Source: Gemmatimonadota bacterium (GTDB lineage: Bacteria > Gemmatimonadota > Gemmatimonadetes > Gemmatimonadales > GWC2-71-9). Taken from it: 64,000 bases of DNA. Location of the stretch: contig QHUM01000038.1 of assembly GCA_003222135.1 (NCBI GenBank), positions 34,038 to 98,037 on the forward strand, written 5' to 3'. The position numbers and the translations under genes were made by a program. This document shows positions 44,995-54,776 of the stretch, piece after piece; within the stretch, counting starts at the first letter, position 1, and every line of letters begins with the position of its first letter. The notes under the pieces were generated by a model, which worked only from the letters and a program-made list of their open reading frames with translations, ran no database searches and was not told the origin of the DNA.

Positions 44995-47913
44995 ATGGAG
45001 TTCGACCCCCTCCCCCAGCAGCGTCTCGCCATTGAAGCGCCCCTCGGGCCCGTCCTGGTGGTCGCCGGACCGGGCGCGGGGAAGACGTTCTGCCTCATTT
45101 CCCGCATCCATCACCTCATTGCCACGGTGGGCATCGCGCCCGAGCGCATCTGCGCGGTCACGTTCACGAACCGGGCGGCCGAAGAAATTGCGCATCGGCT
45201 GAAGCACGCGCTGCGGGACCGCGCGGAGGGCATCACGCGGGGCACGATCCACGCGTTATGCCTGGCCCTGCTGCGCGAGCACACCGAGGCGGCGGGCCTG
45301 CGCAAGGGGTTCGGGGTAGCCGACGAGCAGTACCAGAAGGTCATCCTGGGCCGGCTGCACGTACCGCTCGAGCAGCGGGGCTCCCTGCTGAACCGGTTCG
45401 GCCGGCACCGGGTCCAGGCGTACGAGTTGACGGCCGACGACGCGCGGCTGTATCGCGAATACAGCGCCTGGCTGGCGCATCGCAACATGCTGGACTTCGA
45501 CGACCTCGTCACGAAGGCCGAGGAGCTGGTGCGCACGCGCGGCGACGTCGCCGACGCCATCGCGGCGCGCTGGGACTATCTGCTCGTGGACGAGTTCCAG
45601 GACGTGAACGCGGTCCAGTACGACCTCTTGAAGCGCCTGGCGGCGCCGCACGGCAACTTCTTCGCGGTCGGCGATGACGAGCAGTCGATCTTCACCTGGA
45701 CGGGGGCGGACCCGTACGTCCTCGTGCGGTTCGGTCGCGATTACGGGATCGAGCGGCCGATCGTGCTGGACAAGAACTGCCGCTGCTCCCGCCAGATCTT
45801 CGAGACCGCCCGGCGCGTACTCGCGCACAATCCCCAGCTGTTCGAGAAGCAGCTCAGCGCGGAGCAGGAGTCGCCGCACGAGGTGACTGCGTTCGCGTTC
45901 CGAGACGAAGCAGAAGAGGTGTCATGGCTGCTGGACGATCTCCGGGGCGACTGCGCCGCGTCAGGCTTGGGATGGGGCGACTACGCCATTCTCTACCGCC
46001 GGCACAAAATCGGCGAGTACGTCGAAGGGCGGCTCGTCCGCGCGGGGATTCCCTGCCGGCTGGCGCGCGGCCGCTCGCTGGTCGAGGACGACGTCATCAA
46101 ATACGTGATCGCCGCGCTGTGGATCGTGCGCGACCCGAGCGACCCGGTGGCCCTCGAGGCGTTCGCGCGGTGTGTGCTGTCGGCGCACTTCCTCCAGGAA
46201 GTCGAGGCGGCGATCGGCAGGTCAGGTGATTTCCTCGCCGCGGTACGGGCGCTCGCCCGGCGCCGGCCGGCGCAGCACCCGGACACGAAGAAGCTGTGGC
46301 GGCTGGTCTATCAGGTGGAGAACCTCCGCGCCCTGACCCGGTCGCACCGCGGCTTGGTGCCGCTGGTCGATGAGATCCTGTCGCAGAGCGTCGGGCCGTA
46401 TCGGAACGCCTTGGAGGAGCGGCACGACGAGCTCACCGATCCGGCTGAACATCCTGAAGCCGCACGGCTCGCTCAACGGCTCGAGCAGGCGATCGCGGGC
46501 GGGCGCGGTATCGCGATCGCGTCGCAGGGCGGCCTAGAGATCGCCTTACGGGGAATGCTCATCGCCGCTGGCGTCCGCCAGGTGCCATCAACGAGCTCGG
46601 GGTTCGCCCACCCGGACGAGGTCATAACGGCGGAGGATGGCGGCGAGCATGGGTTGGCCCTCACGCTCTTCAAGGCGCTGCAGCTCCTGCACGCCGAGCA
46701 GCTCGACGTCGCGCTCGAGCGCTACGTCACGTTCGACTTGGAAACCACAGACAAGGATGTGGAGGTGTGCGGGGTCGTGGAGGTTGGCGCGGTGCGGGTG
46801 GTACAGGGAGAGATCGTGGAACGGTTTCACACGCTGGTCCAGCCGTACCGGCCGATCACGCCCGGGGCGAGCGCGGTCCACGGCTACACGGATGGCGACG
46901 TGCGAGATGCGCGCTCGTTTGCCGAGGTGTGGCCCGAGTTGCGAGCCTTCGTCGGCGACGACATCCTCATCGCCCACAACGGCCAGCAGTTCGACATTCC
47001 CGTGCTGCGCCGGCTCGCGGCCGGACGGGACGGCGTGGACAGCCTCGTGTTCTACGACACGCTGCCGCTGGTTCGCTCGTTGTCACGCGACAGCGCCAAG
47101 CTGGAGGACCTGGCACTGCGCTACGGCATCGACCGCGGGCGCGCGCATCATGCCCTGGACGACGCGGTCACGCTGGCGCGGGTGTATCGCGAGCTCGAGC
47201 GGCAGCGGGGAATTCGGGCGCGCAAGGCGGTGCTCGTCAACCTGCTCGACTACTTGGGACTTGCTCTGGCGTTGGAACAGAGAGCAGGGAGCCATACAGG
47301 ACACGGCAGGGAGCGGGACATGTTGTTCAAGCTCGCGAAGTTCTACACGCTGGGCCGATACAGCGATGCGCTGGCGTTCTACGAGATGGAGCGCGCGCGC
47401 AGCGGTGCGGCCGGGGCGCCGTCTGTCGACGAGGTGATCCGCCGGCTCGGCGGGCACGCGCTCATGACGCGCCTCCGGGCCGCCCCCGACCCGGCGCAGC
47501 GGTATCCCGCCGCCGTGGCCCGCCTGCGGGCCCTGATCGATGGTGACACGTCCGGGACGCTGGCGGACGGCATCGACCGGCTGCTCGAGCGCGTGGCCCT
47601 GTCGACGTCGGACGGCGTCGAGGTCGCGCCCGATCGCGTCAACCTCCTCACGCTGCATTCGACCAAGGGCTTGGAGTTCTCGCGCGTGTACATCCTGGGC
47701 GTGGAGGATTACCAAATCCCCGGCTATCGCGAATCGACGGAGCAGCGGCAGGCCGAGATCCAGGAGGCGCGGCGGCTCCTATATGTGGGAATGACGCGGG
47801 CGCGGGAGCGGCTGGTGCTGACGCGGGTCGAGCGGCGGTTCGGAATGGACGCGGGCGGGAGCGGCTTCCTCGAGGAGATGGGTTTGGAAGTACAGGGGGT
47901 GGGCGCGGGGTGA
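44995..47913 (+). CDS. UvrD/Rep/PcrA-family helicase with an internal DnaQ-like (DEDDh) 3'-5' exonuclease domain
   Basis: Helicase motifs: Walker A VVAGPGAGKTF, TFTNRAA, LLVDEFQDVN, VGDDEQSIFTW, and C-terminal LTLHSTKGLEFSRVYILG and LLYVGMTRARERL. Exonuclease motifs at nt 46723..47200: ExoI FDLETTD, ExoII LIAHNGQQFDIPVL, ExoIII HHALDDAVTLARVY. Confidence 0.85.
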   Translation: MEFDPLPQQRLAIEAPLGPVLVVAGPGAGKTFCLISRIHHLIATVGIAPERICAVTFTNRAAEEIAHRLKHALRDRAEGITRGTIHALCLALLREHTEAAGLRKGFGVADEQYQKVILGRLHVPLEQRGSLLNRFGRHRVQAYELTADDARLYREYSAWLAHRNMLDFDDLVTKAEELVRTRGDVADAIAARWDYLLVDEFQDVNAVQYDLLKRLAAPHGNFFAVGDDEQSIFTWTGADPYVLVRFGRDYGIERPIVLDKNCRCSRQIFETARRVLAHNPQLFEKQLSAEQESPHEVTAFAFRDEAEEVSWLLDDLRGDCAASGLGWGDYAILYRRHKIGEYVEGRLVRAGIPCRLARGRSLVEDDVIKYVIAALWIVRDPSDPVALEAFARCVLSAHFLQEVEAAIGRSGDFLAAVRALARRRPAQHPDTKKLWRLVYQVENLRALTRSHRGLVPLVDEILSQSVGPYRNALEERHDELTDPAEHPEAARLAQRLEQAIAGGRGIAIASQGGLEIALRGMLIAAGVRQVPSTSSGFAHPDEVITAEDGGEHGLALTLFKALQLLHAEQLDVALERYVTFDLETTDKDVEVCGVVEVGAVRVVQGEIVERFHTLVQPYRPITPGASAVHGYTDGDVRDARSFAEVWPELRAFVGDDILIAHNGQQFDIPVLRRLAAGRDGVDSLVFYDTLPLVRSLSRDSAKLEDLALRYGIDRGRAHHALDDAVTLARVYRELERQRGIRARKAVLVNLLDYLGLALALEQRAGSHTGHGRERDMLFKLAKFYTLGRYSDALAFYEMERARSGAAGAPSVDEVIRRLGGHALMTRLRAAPDPAQRYPAAVARLRALIDGDTSGTLADGIDRLLERVALSTSDGVEVAPDRVNLLTLHSTKGLEFSRVYILGVEDYQIPGYRESTEQRQAEIQEARRLLYVGMTRARERLVLTRVERRFGMDAGGSGFLEEMGLEVQGVGAG

Positions 47914-47952
47914 GGGCCGGTGGAGTGCCGTGCTGGCCATGCGTGAGACGAG

Positions 47953-47970
47953 TATGAGAAGCTTCTCATA
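47953..47970. promoter_or_regulatory. perfect 18-bp AT-rich palindrome TATGAGAAGCTTCTCATA (candidate operator or hairpin)
   Basis: Self-complementary over all 18 nt. Lies 40 nt after the helicase stop and 91 nt before the lactonase start. Unusually AT-rich for this window. Confidence 0.3.
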
Positions 47971-48060
47971 ACGGTCGGCGGGTGCATCCGCTGTGGCGGA
48001 CCCGAGCGTTACTTCCCGAGAACGACGATCTCATCCACAACTCTCGGGAGGTTTCGCTCC

Positions 48061-49197
48061 ATGCCGAAGCACCTCGCTTTCCTCGCATTCGCCGCCGCGG
48101 CGCTCGCCGCGTGCGAGCCGAACCGCAACCTCACGGGCCCCGCCGCGTCATTGCTGGCGGCGCGCGACGCCAACGTCTCGGCCGATCTCTCGGGGCCGGG
48201 CGCGGTGTACACGCTCACCAACCAGGTCGCGGGCAATGCGGTCGCCGTCTTCAATCGGGCGGCTGACGGCACCCTCACCGCGGCCACCACCGTCGCGACG
48301 GGCGGAACGGGCACCGGAACCGGGCTGGGCTCGCAGGGCGCCGTCGCGCTGAGCGCGGACGGGCGCTGGCTGTTCGCCGTCAACGCCGGCTCAAACGACG
48401 TCTCCGTGTTCGATGTGGGCCCGGCGGGGCTGGCACTCGCCAGCCGCGCCGCGTCGGGCGGCACGCTGCCCATCAGCCTGACCGTGCACGGCAACGTGCT
48501 GTACGTGCTGAACGCGGGCGGAGACGGCAACATCTCGGGCTTCACGGTGGGATCGAGCGGCGCGCTCACGCCGATCGCGGGCGCTACACTCACCCTCTCG
48601 GGCTCGAACGTCGGACCCGCCGAGGTGCAGTTCAGCCCCGACGGCAACCGGCTCGTCGTCACCGAGAAGACCACCAATCGGCTCGACGTGTACGCCGTGG
48701 ACGCCAACGGCGTGGCGAGTGGGCGTACCACCACTGCCTCAGCCGGCGGCACGCCATTCGGCTTCGCCTTCGGCCACCGCCACGAGCTGTTCGTATCCGA
48801 AGCCACGGGCTCGGCCTCGTCCTACGTGCTGGACGCGAGCGGCAACGTCACGCTGGTGAGCGGCGCCGTATCCACGCACCGCGGCGCGCCCTGCTGGGCC
48901 GTCGTCACTGCGGACGGGCGCTTCGGCTTCACCGGCAACGGCGCCGGGTCGGTGTCGGCCTTCGCCATGGCGCCGGACGGCGCGATCAGCCTGATGGATG
49001 CCGATGGTGGCACCGCCGTCATCGGCGCCGGCGTGAACGACATCGCGCTGAGTAACAACAGCCGCTACCTGTACGTGCTGCAGGTCGGCGGTGCCCAGGC
49101 GATCCACGCGTTCCGGATTCAGGCGGACGGGCACCTCACAGCGCTCGGCCCGATCGCCGGACTACCGGCGGGCACGCGGGGACTCGCGGCGTTCTAA
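48061..49197 (+). CDS. lactonase-type 7-bladed beta-propeller lipoprotein
   Basis: Lipobox AAALAAC. Repeated propeller pattern (VYTLTNQVAGNAVAVF, SADGRWLFAVNAGSNDVSVF, LYVLNAGGDGNISGF, SPDGNRLVVTEKTTNRLDVY, SRYLYVL). Confidence 0.7.
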   Translation: MPKHLAFLAFAAAALAACEPNRNLTGPAASLLAARDANVSADLSGPGAVYTLTNQVAGNAVAVFNRAADGTLTAATTVATGGTGTGTGLGSQGAVALSADGRWLFAVNAGSNDVSVFDVGPAGLALASRAASGGTLPISLTVHGNVLYVLNAGGDGNISGFTVGSSGALTPIAGATLTLSGSNVGPAEVQFSPDGNRLVVTEKTTNRLDVYAVDANGVASGRTTTASAGGTPFGFAFGHRHELFVSEATGSASSYVLDASGNVTLVSGAVSTHRGAPCWAVVTADGRFGFTGNGAGSVSAFAMAPDGAISLMDADGGTAVIGAGVNDIALSNNSRYLYVLQVGGAQAIHAFRIQADGHLTALGPIAGLPAGTRGLAAF

Positions 49198-49218
49198 CTG
49201 GCGCCGCTTCTCGGGTGG

Positions 49219-49305
49219 GTTAACCCCGGGGCACCGCCCCGGGGTCAGCCGCCCATGAGTGGCTACTAGGCGCGGCTGACCCCGGGCGCAAGCCCGGGGT
49301 TGAAC
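49219..49305. repeat. long composite inverted repeat (15-bp perfect inner stem plus 12-bp outer stem) between convergent genes; likely bidirectional terminator or REP-like element
   Basis: Inner stem: 49238..49252 CCCGGGGTCAGCCGC pairs with 49272..49286 GCGGCTGACCCCGGG. Outer stem: 49219..49231 GTTAACCCCGGGG pairs with 49293..49305 CCCGGGGTTGAAC with one bulge. Confidence 0.5.
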
Positions 49306-49318
49306 CCAAACCCCATTC

Positions 49319-50731
49319 CTACGTCGCTCCCACTCCCGGCAACCACAGCGTAAACGTACTCCCCGCCCCCGGCGTGCTCTCGACCGTGATGTGGCCGCCT
49401 TGCAGCTCGGCCAACAGTCGCGCGATCGCGAGGCCGAGCCCGCTCCCCCCCAGGTCCCGGCTGCGCGACTGATCGACGCGGAAGAAGCGGTCGAAGATCC
49501 GCCCCAGGTGCTCGGGCGCGATGCCCGGCCCCGTGTCGCGCACGCTCACGCCCACCATAATGCCGTTGGTCGCGAGCGCGAACGTGATCCTGCCGTTCGG
49601 GGTATAGCGCACGGCGTTGGAGGCGAGGTTCAGCAGGATGTGGCGCGTACGATCGGCGTCGCCCAGCGCCCAGCGCGGCGGCGACGGCGTCGCGGACACC
49701 GCGAGATCTCTCCCGAGCGCCATCGCTTCCGTGATCTCCCGCACGTCGTCCACTACCGCGGTGATCTCGAAGGGCGCGTGCGCCAGCGCCAGCTGCCGGT
49801 TCTCGCCGCGGGCGATGAGCAGCAGCTCTTCCACCAGCTTGGCCGTCCGGTCGAGGACGCGCTCCATCGCCCCCAGCGCGTCGCGCGTCTCCGCCTCGGT
49901 GCGCCCCTCCGCCGCCGCCCACTGGACCTGCGCCCGCAAATGCGTGAGCGGCGTGCGCAGCTCGTGACTCGCGTCCGCCGTGAACGCCTCGAGCGCCCGG
50001 TGCGCCCGATCCACCCGTTCGAGCATGCGGTTGACGCTGTCCGCCAGCTCCGTGACTTCCGCCTGGCCCGTCGGGCTGGTGAGGCACCTGCCGAGCTCCG
50101 CCGGGCCGATGGCCCGCGTTTCGGCGGCGACGCGCTCCAGCGGGCGCAGCGCGCCGGCCACTGCCTGACGGGCGCCACGCCCGACGGCCAACCCGGCGGC
50201 GGGAAGCAGCAGCGCCGCCGCAGCCGCGAGCGCACCCAGCGCGAGGACGTACGATTCCCGGCTCGCCACCACATAGATGTCGAACGCTCCCGCCGCGCGG
50301 TGCAGCACGCTGTAGCGCCAGCGCGCCCGCTGGGCGATCGCGGTGAGCAGCGCCCGGCGCACGTCCTCCGGCGAGGCGCTCACCGGCAGGCCCTCGAGCC
50401 GCCGGGCGGGCATGTCGGGTGACACGTAGTAGACGTCCTGCTTCCCGCCGGCGCCGGTGGTCGTGCGCGTGATCACTACCTGGCCACCCATCGCGACGAG
50501 CTGGTCCGCGAGCGCCGACGGCATGACCCCCCCGGGCTCGCTGGTCGAGTCGCGGTAGGCGCCGAGCAGCGACTGGGTGAGATCGGCCGAGTGCTCGAGC
50601 GAGCGCCGCAGCGCCATTTCCGCGGCCACGGCGAAGACCGCCACCACGAGCAGCGCGTATCCCGCGAGCCCGGTCCAGGCCACCCGCGTGAACCGCCGCG
50701 TGAGCACCGTGCCGAGCCGGCGCTCGCTCAC
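49319..50731 (-). CDS. two-component sensor histidine kinase (TM-HAMP-HisKA-HATPase_c)
   Basis: H-box [15 protein letters not shown]-box [13 protein letters not shown]1 VRDTGPGI, G2 [12 protein letters not shown] 50731 overlaps the regulator stop (GTGA). Confidence 0.85.
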   Translation of the reverse strand: MSERRLGTVLTRRFTRVAWTGLAGYALLVVAVFAVAAEMALRRSLEHSADLTQSLLGAYRDSTSEPGGVMPSALADQLVAMGGQVVITRTTTGAGGKQDVYYVSPDMPARRLEGLPVSASPEDVRRALLTAIAQRARWRYSVLHRAAGAFDIYVVASRESYVLALGALAAAAALLLPAAGLAVGRGARQAVAGALRPLERVAAETRAIGPAELGRCLTSPTGQAEVTELADSVNRMLERVDRAHRALEAFTADASHELRTPLTHLRAQVQWAAAEGRTEAETRDALGAMERVLDRTAKLVEELLLIARGENRQLALAHAPFEITAVVDDVREITEAMALGRDLAVSATPSPPRWALGDADRTRHILLNLASNAVRYTPNGRITFALATNGIMVGVSVRDTGPGIAPEHLGRIFDRFFRVDQSRSRDLGGSGLGLAIARLLAELQGGHITVESTPGAGSTFTLWLPGVGAT

Positions 50732-51414
50732 GGCGCGCTCCCTTCCTTGTCGAGCCGATACCCGACGCCTCGGACGGTACGGATCGGCGCCGTCCGGCCC
50801 CCGAAGCTCAGCTTCTTGCGGAGGTAGTTGACGTACACGTCCACCACGTTGGTCTCGGGATCGAACTGGTAGTTCCACACCGCTTCGGCGATTCGGGAGC
50901 GGGACACCGAGCGCCCGGCGTTGCGCATCAGGAACTCGAGCAGCACGAACTCGCGCGGGCTCAGATCCACCACCCGCTCATCCTGCGTGACCCGGCGGGT
51001 GAGCGGGTCGAGCACCAGATCGCCCACCGTGAGAGTGGCGTCCTGGTGCCGCAGCTCGGCGCGGCGAATCAGCGCGTGGACCCGCGCGAGCAGCTCCGGC
51101 AGGTCGAACGGCTTGGTGAGGTAGTCGTCCGCGCCGCCTTCCAACCCCTTCACCCGTGCCTCGAGCTCGTCGCGGGCGGTGAGCAGCAGGACCGGCGTGA
51201 ACACGCCTCGCGCCCTGAGCTCAGACACCACACTGAAGCCGTCCCGCCCCGGGAGCATGACATCAAGCACGATGCAGCCGAACGCGCCGCCCAATGCCCG
51301 CTCGAGGGCGCGGTCGCCGGTGTCGGCTTCGGTGACGCCGTAGCCCTCCTCGCGGAAGGCCTTGCTCAGGAAGCGCCGCAGCTCACGGTCGTCCTCGACG
51401 AGGAGAATCTGCAC
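50728..51414 (-). CDS. OmpR/PhoB-family response regulator
   Basis: Receiver ([28 protein letters not shown]) plus winged-helix output ([33 protein letters not shown]). Confidence 0.9.
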   Translation of the reverse strand: MQILLVEDDRELRRFLSKAFREEGYGVTEADTGDRALERALGGAFGCIVLDVMLPGRDGFSVVSELRARGVFTPVLLLTARDELEARVKGLEGGADDYLTKPFDLPELLARVHALIRRAELRHQDATLTVGDLVLDPLTRRVTQDERVVDLSPREFVLLEFLMRNAGRSVSRSRIAEAVWNYQFDPETNVVDVYVNYLRKKLSFGGRTAPIRTVRGVGYRLDKEGSAP

Positions 51415-51424
51415 GCAGGCAAAC

Positions 51425-52522
51425 CTACGACGGGGCGCGGCGCAGCTCCACCGGCAGCTCGAGAAAGTCGCCGAACGCCTGCGCGGCCACGACGACCGCC
51501 TGCTTCTCGGACGCGCGCAGATCGGCGCGCACGCGCAATTCGACGACGACGGCCGTCTTCGTCAGGGTCCGTTTCCACCCGCCGACCAGTTGACCGTCGA
51601 CGACGATGACGTGAGGTGTCAGGGCATCGCGGCCCATTACGATGTCCGTCGAATTCAGCCGTTTCCCGATGGCGCTGCGATTCTTGAAACCGATGAAGTA
51701 CTCATCGTAGTTGGGCAGCAGATGGGCCGTGCGTGATCGCTTGCGCGGCGATCGCGCCGACCGGGCGAGCCAATACGTCTCGTCACCGATGACCTCGCGC
51801 TCCAGCCGGCGCCCGGCGATCTCCACGCCCCGACGCACGTCGGCGAGCGTCAAGCCCGACCACCAGGCGAAATCCTGCGCCGTGGCCGGTCCGCGGGTCG
51901 CAAAGTATCTCCCGGTCAACTCGAGCAGTGCGGCGTCGCGATCGAGCGGCGCGGCGGGGGGCACGCGCTCCTCGAGCAGCGCGTACGTGGCCTGCTTGCC
52001 CCGCCGCGCCCCGCTGCACACCAGCCCTTCGAGCTCGGCGCGCATCAGCACATGGCCGAGGCGCTGGGATCCCGTCACGTCGACCCGGCCCCGGCGCAAC
52101 ACGTGGGCGAGCTCCGCCCGCGTCAGCTGCCGGCCATCGCGTAACGCACGGGTGAGCGCGGCATGGCTCCGCCGAAACACTGCGGCGTCGAGCCCCAGCT
52201 GCCGGTCGTAGTGCGCCATGGCCGCTTTTACCCGGGGGGCGGTCAGCGCCAGCATCCAGCGAATGTCGGCCGGCGTGACGAAGTGCCAAGTGGGACGGAG
52301 CACATGCGTGCGGACGATCGAGCCGTCGCTCAAGGCCTGCTCGACCACCGCATCGACGGCTCCGCGGGCCCGCATCCCGACGGCCCACTTCGCCCCGGCG
52401 TAGTCCTGCGCCTGAACCGCGCCGAGCCGGCGCACGACCTCGCCCGGCTGGGTGAGGATGGGTGTCAGGAGCTGTTGATGGGCGAGTCGCCAACGTGCAA
52501 TGTCGATATCCCGGCGAGTCAC
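51425..52522 (-). CDS. winged-helix DNA-binding protein of the YcaQ/AlkZ (DUF1006, HTH_42) DNA glycosylase family
   Basis: Family-like N-terminus ([27 protein letters not shown] with a Q-x-Q motif) and C-terminus ([13 protein letters not shown]). GTG 52522 overlaps the upstream stop (GTGA). Confidence 0.65.
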   Translation of the reverse strand: MTRRDIDIARWRLAHQQLLTPILTQPGEVVRRLGAVQAQDYAGAKWAVGMRARGAVDAVVEQALSDGSIVRTHVLRPTWHFVTPADIRWMLALTAPRVKAAMAHYDRQLGLDAAVFRRSHAALTRALRDGRQLTRAELAHVLRRGRVDVTGSQRLGHVLMRAELEGLVCSGARRGKQATYALLEERVPPAAPLDRDAALLELTGRYFATRGPATAQDFAWWSGLTLADVRRGVEIAGRRLEREVIGDETYWLARSARSPRKRSRTAHLLPNYDEYFIGFKNRSAIGKRLNSTDIVMGRDALTPHVIVVDGQLVGGWKRTLTKTAVVVELRVRADLRASEKQAVVVAAQAFGDFLELPVELRRAPS

Positions 52523-53085
52523 GGAGCCGCGTTCCGGATCACCGATTCCAGATCCTCGGGGGCTCGCTTGCGGCATTCCTGCTTTAAATCCTTCACGTCC
52601 GCTGCGAGAAACGTTCCCAGAAAGGAATCCGCAGTGACCTCGAACGCCGGGAGTTCCTTCTTGGCAGAGGTGTTGGAATACAAGGCAATCACCGCGCGGG
52701 CGTCGAACCGGTAGAAGGAGTACGTCGGGTAACGACCGAACAGCCAGACGTGAGCGGGTTTGCGGAAGTCGCGCGCGAGACGGCCGAAATAGCGGTAGGC
52801 ATCCGCGACCAGCGCCGGGATCAGGGGACCGTCTTCGAAATGCTTGCCCAGAGAAAACATGAGCTCGTGGTCCGCGAGATCGGGGAGAAACACCTCGAGC
52901 GTGGTGCCTGCTCGGCCGAGGAACGCTTTGATGGCGGCGTCGTGGTTCTCGCGCCAGCGGCGCGAATGAATGAAGTAGAGAGCCATCGTGGTCGCAGACC
53001 CGATGAGATCGTCAAACCGTTGCACGAATCCGGCGAACGGAGCTACCTGGACGATGCCGAAAGGGAGTTCCGGGGTGGCGGTCAT
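52519..53085 (-). CDS. hypothetical protein (translationally coupled to the YcaQ/AlkZ-like gene)
   Basis: 188-aa ORF from ATG 53085 (MTATPELPFG...). High GC3. No family recognised. Confidence 0.45.
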   Translation of the reverse strand: MTATPELPFGIVQVAPFAGFVQRFDDLIGSATTMALYFIHSRRWRENHDAAIKAFLGRAGTTLEVFLPDLADHELMFSLGKHFEDGPLIPALVADAYRYFGRLARDFRKPAHVWLFGRYPTYSFYRFDARAVIALYSNTSAKKELPAFEVTADSFLGTFLAADVKDLKQECRKRAPEDLESVIRNAAP

Positions 53086-53212
53086 CGGCTCGATGCTACC
53101 CCGGAGGAGACGGAGGAGCAAGAACTCTCTGGGGCGTGTGAGGTGCATGAGAAAGCTCTAAGAATGTCCCCGCACGCTTCCCACGCCCGGCTCGCTCCTC
53201 TAGCTTCCGCCC

Positions 53213-54247
53213 ATGAATCTGCTGCTCGTTGTCGCCATCGCCACCACCGCGCCGCTCGACACGGCGACCTTCGCCGGCGGCTGCTTCTGGTCGATGGAGC
53301 GCGCCTTCGACCAGGTCGATGGCGTCGTATCCGTCACCGTGGGCTACACGGGGGGCCATACACCGCGCCCGTCGTACGAGCAGGTGTCCACCGGTCAGAC
53401 GGGACACCTCGAGTCGGTGCAGGTGGTGTACGATCCCCGAAAGATCGGGTACGAGCGGCTGGTGGACGCGTTCTGGCACGACATCGATCCGACCCAGGCC
53501 GACGGCCAGTTCTGCGACCACGGCGATGAGTACCGCACGGCGATCTTCTACCGCGACACGGCGCAGCACCGCGTGGCCGCCGCCTCACGGCGGGCGCTGG
53601 ACCGGCGCTTCGGACAAGGGATCACCACACAGCTCGTGCGGGCGACGCCATTCTACCCGGCGGAAGCGTATCACCAACACTATTACCGTAAGAATCCGAT
53701 CAGGTACGGGATGTATCGCGTGGCGTGCGGCCGCGACCGGCGCCTGGCGGAGGTGTGGGGCGCTGCGGGGCCGCAGGCGGAGGGAAATACCACTATGCGC
53801 GACACGAAGCCGAGCGACGCCGAGCTGCGGCAGTCGCTGACCCCGTTGCAGTACCAAGTGACCCAGCACGAGGCAACGGAGCGGCCGTTCCACAACGAGT
53901 ACTGGGACAACCACCGCGCCGGCATCTACGTGGACGTCGTCTCGGGAGAACCGCTGTTCAGCTCGCTCGACAAGTTCGAGTCGGGCACCGGGTGGCCGAG
54001 CTTCACGAAGCCGCTCGAGGACGCGAACGTCCACCAGAAGACCGACCGGTCGCTCTTCATGGTGCGGACCGAGGTTCGGTCGGCCCATGCCGATTCGCAC
54101 CTGGGGCACCTGTTCGACGATGGCCCGGCGCCGACGGGGTCGCGCTACTGCATCAACTCCGCCGCGTTGCGCTTCATTCCGGTCGAGCGCCTGCAGGCCG
54201 AAGGCTACGAGCGGTACTTGCCGCTGTTCCAGACCACGCGGCGCTGA
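53213..54247 (+). CDS. msrAB: bifunctional methionine sulfoxide reductase MsrA/MsrB fusion, with N-terminal signal-like segment
   Basis: MsrA active site [13 protein letters not shown] and GYTGG. MsrB blocks WPSF and [13 protein letters not shown]. Hydrophobic N-terminus [13 protein letters not shown]. Confidence 0.9.
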   Translation: MNLLLVVAIATTAPLDTATFAGGCFWSMERAFDQVDGVVSVTVGYTGGHTPRPSYEQVSTGQTGHLESVQVVYDPRKIGYERLVDAFWHDIDPTQADGQFCDHGDEYRTAIFYRDTAQHRVAAASRRALDRRFGQGITTQLVRATPFYPAEAYHQHYYRKNPIRYGMYRVACGRDRRLAEVWGAAGPQAEGNTTMRDTKPSDAELRQSLTPLQYQVTQHEATERPFHNEYWDNHRAGIYVDVVSGEPLFSSLDKFESGTGWPSFTKPLEDANVHQKTDRSLFMVRTEVRSAHADSHLGHLFDDGPAPTGSRYCINSAALRFIPVERLQAEGYERYLPLFQTTRR

Positions 54248-54254
54248 TCCCGGT

Positions 54255-54758
54255 TCAGCGATTCGGAGCGCCGGCACGGTGGGCGGGGAGGCGCTGCCGG
54301 ATGGCGCCGAGATGGTACGCCGTGTGCGTGATGGCCCCGATCGCCACGCCCAGCGCGTCCTCATCCCACACGGCGTGCGTTTCCACCGCAACGAGCAGGC
54401 GCTCGTACTCATCGCGCAGCCGAGCCCGTAAGGCGGCCCATGCGGCGTCGTCGACCGCGGACACGGTCCAGCTGCGACTGCGGTCGCGCGAGGTCGACTC
54501 CCCGCGCAGTCCCCGGATCGACAGCGCGACGCTCGAGGTCAGGTGGTGGACGTGGCCGGCGATCGTGGTGTGGCCGGGTCCCCCCTTATGGGAAGCGTCG
54601 GCGGCGCTCAACCCACTGATCGTGCCGAAGACTCCGGTCCCCGGGGATGTGTCGGTGAAGTAGGTCCAGGGACCAGGCGGTCCATCGAAGGCCTCCCGGA
54701 GCATTTGCGTCAACAAACTCACCGTGACGGCGGGCGGCGTTCCTGTCATACCCATCAT
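54255..54758 (-). CDS. DinB-family protein
   Basis: GAGGAGG RBS. His-containing helices (IAGHVHHL, AITHTAYHLGAIRQ) typical of the DinB fold. Confidence 0.6.
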   Translation of the reverse strand: MMGMTGTPPAVTVSLLTQMLREAFDGPPGPWTYFTDTSPGTGVFGTISGLSAADASHKGGPGHTTIAGHVHHLTSSVALSIRGLRGESTSRDRSRSWTVSAVDDAAWAALRARLRDEYERLLVAVETHAVWDEDALGVAIGAITHTAYHLGAIRQRLPAHRAGAPNR

Positions 54759-54776
54759 CCTCCTCGTTCGGCCCGC

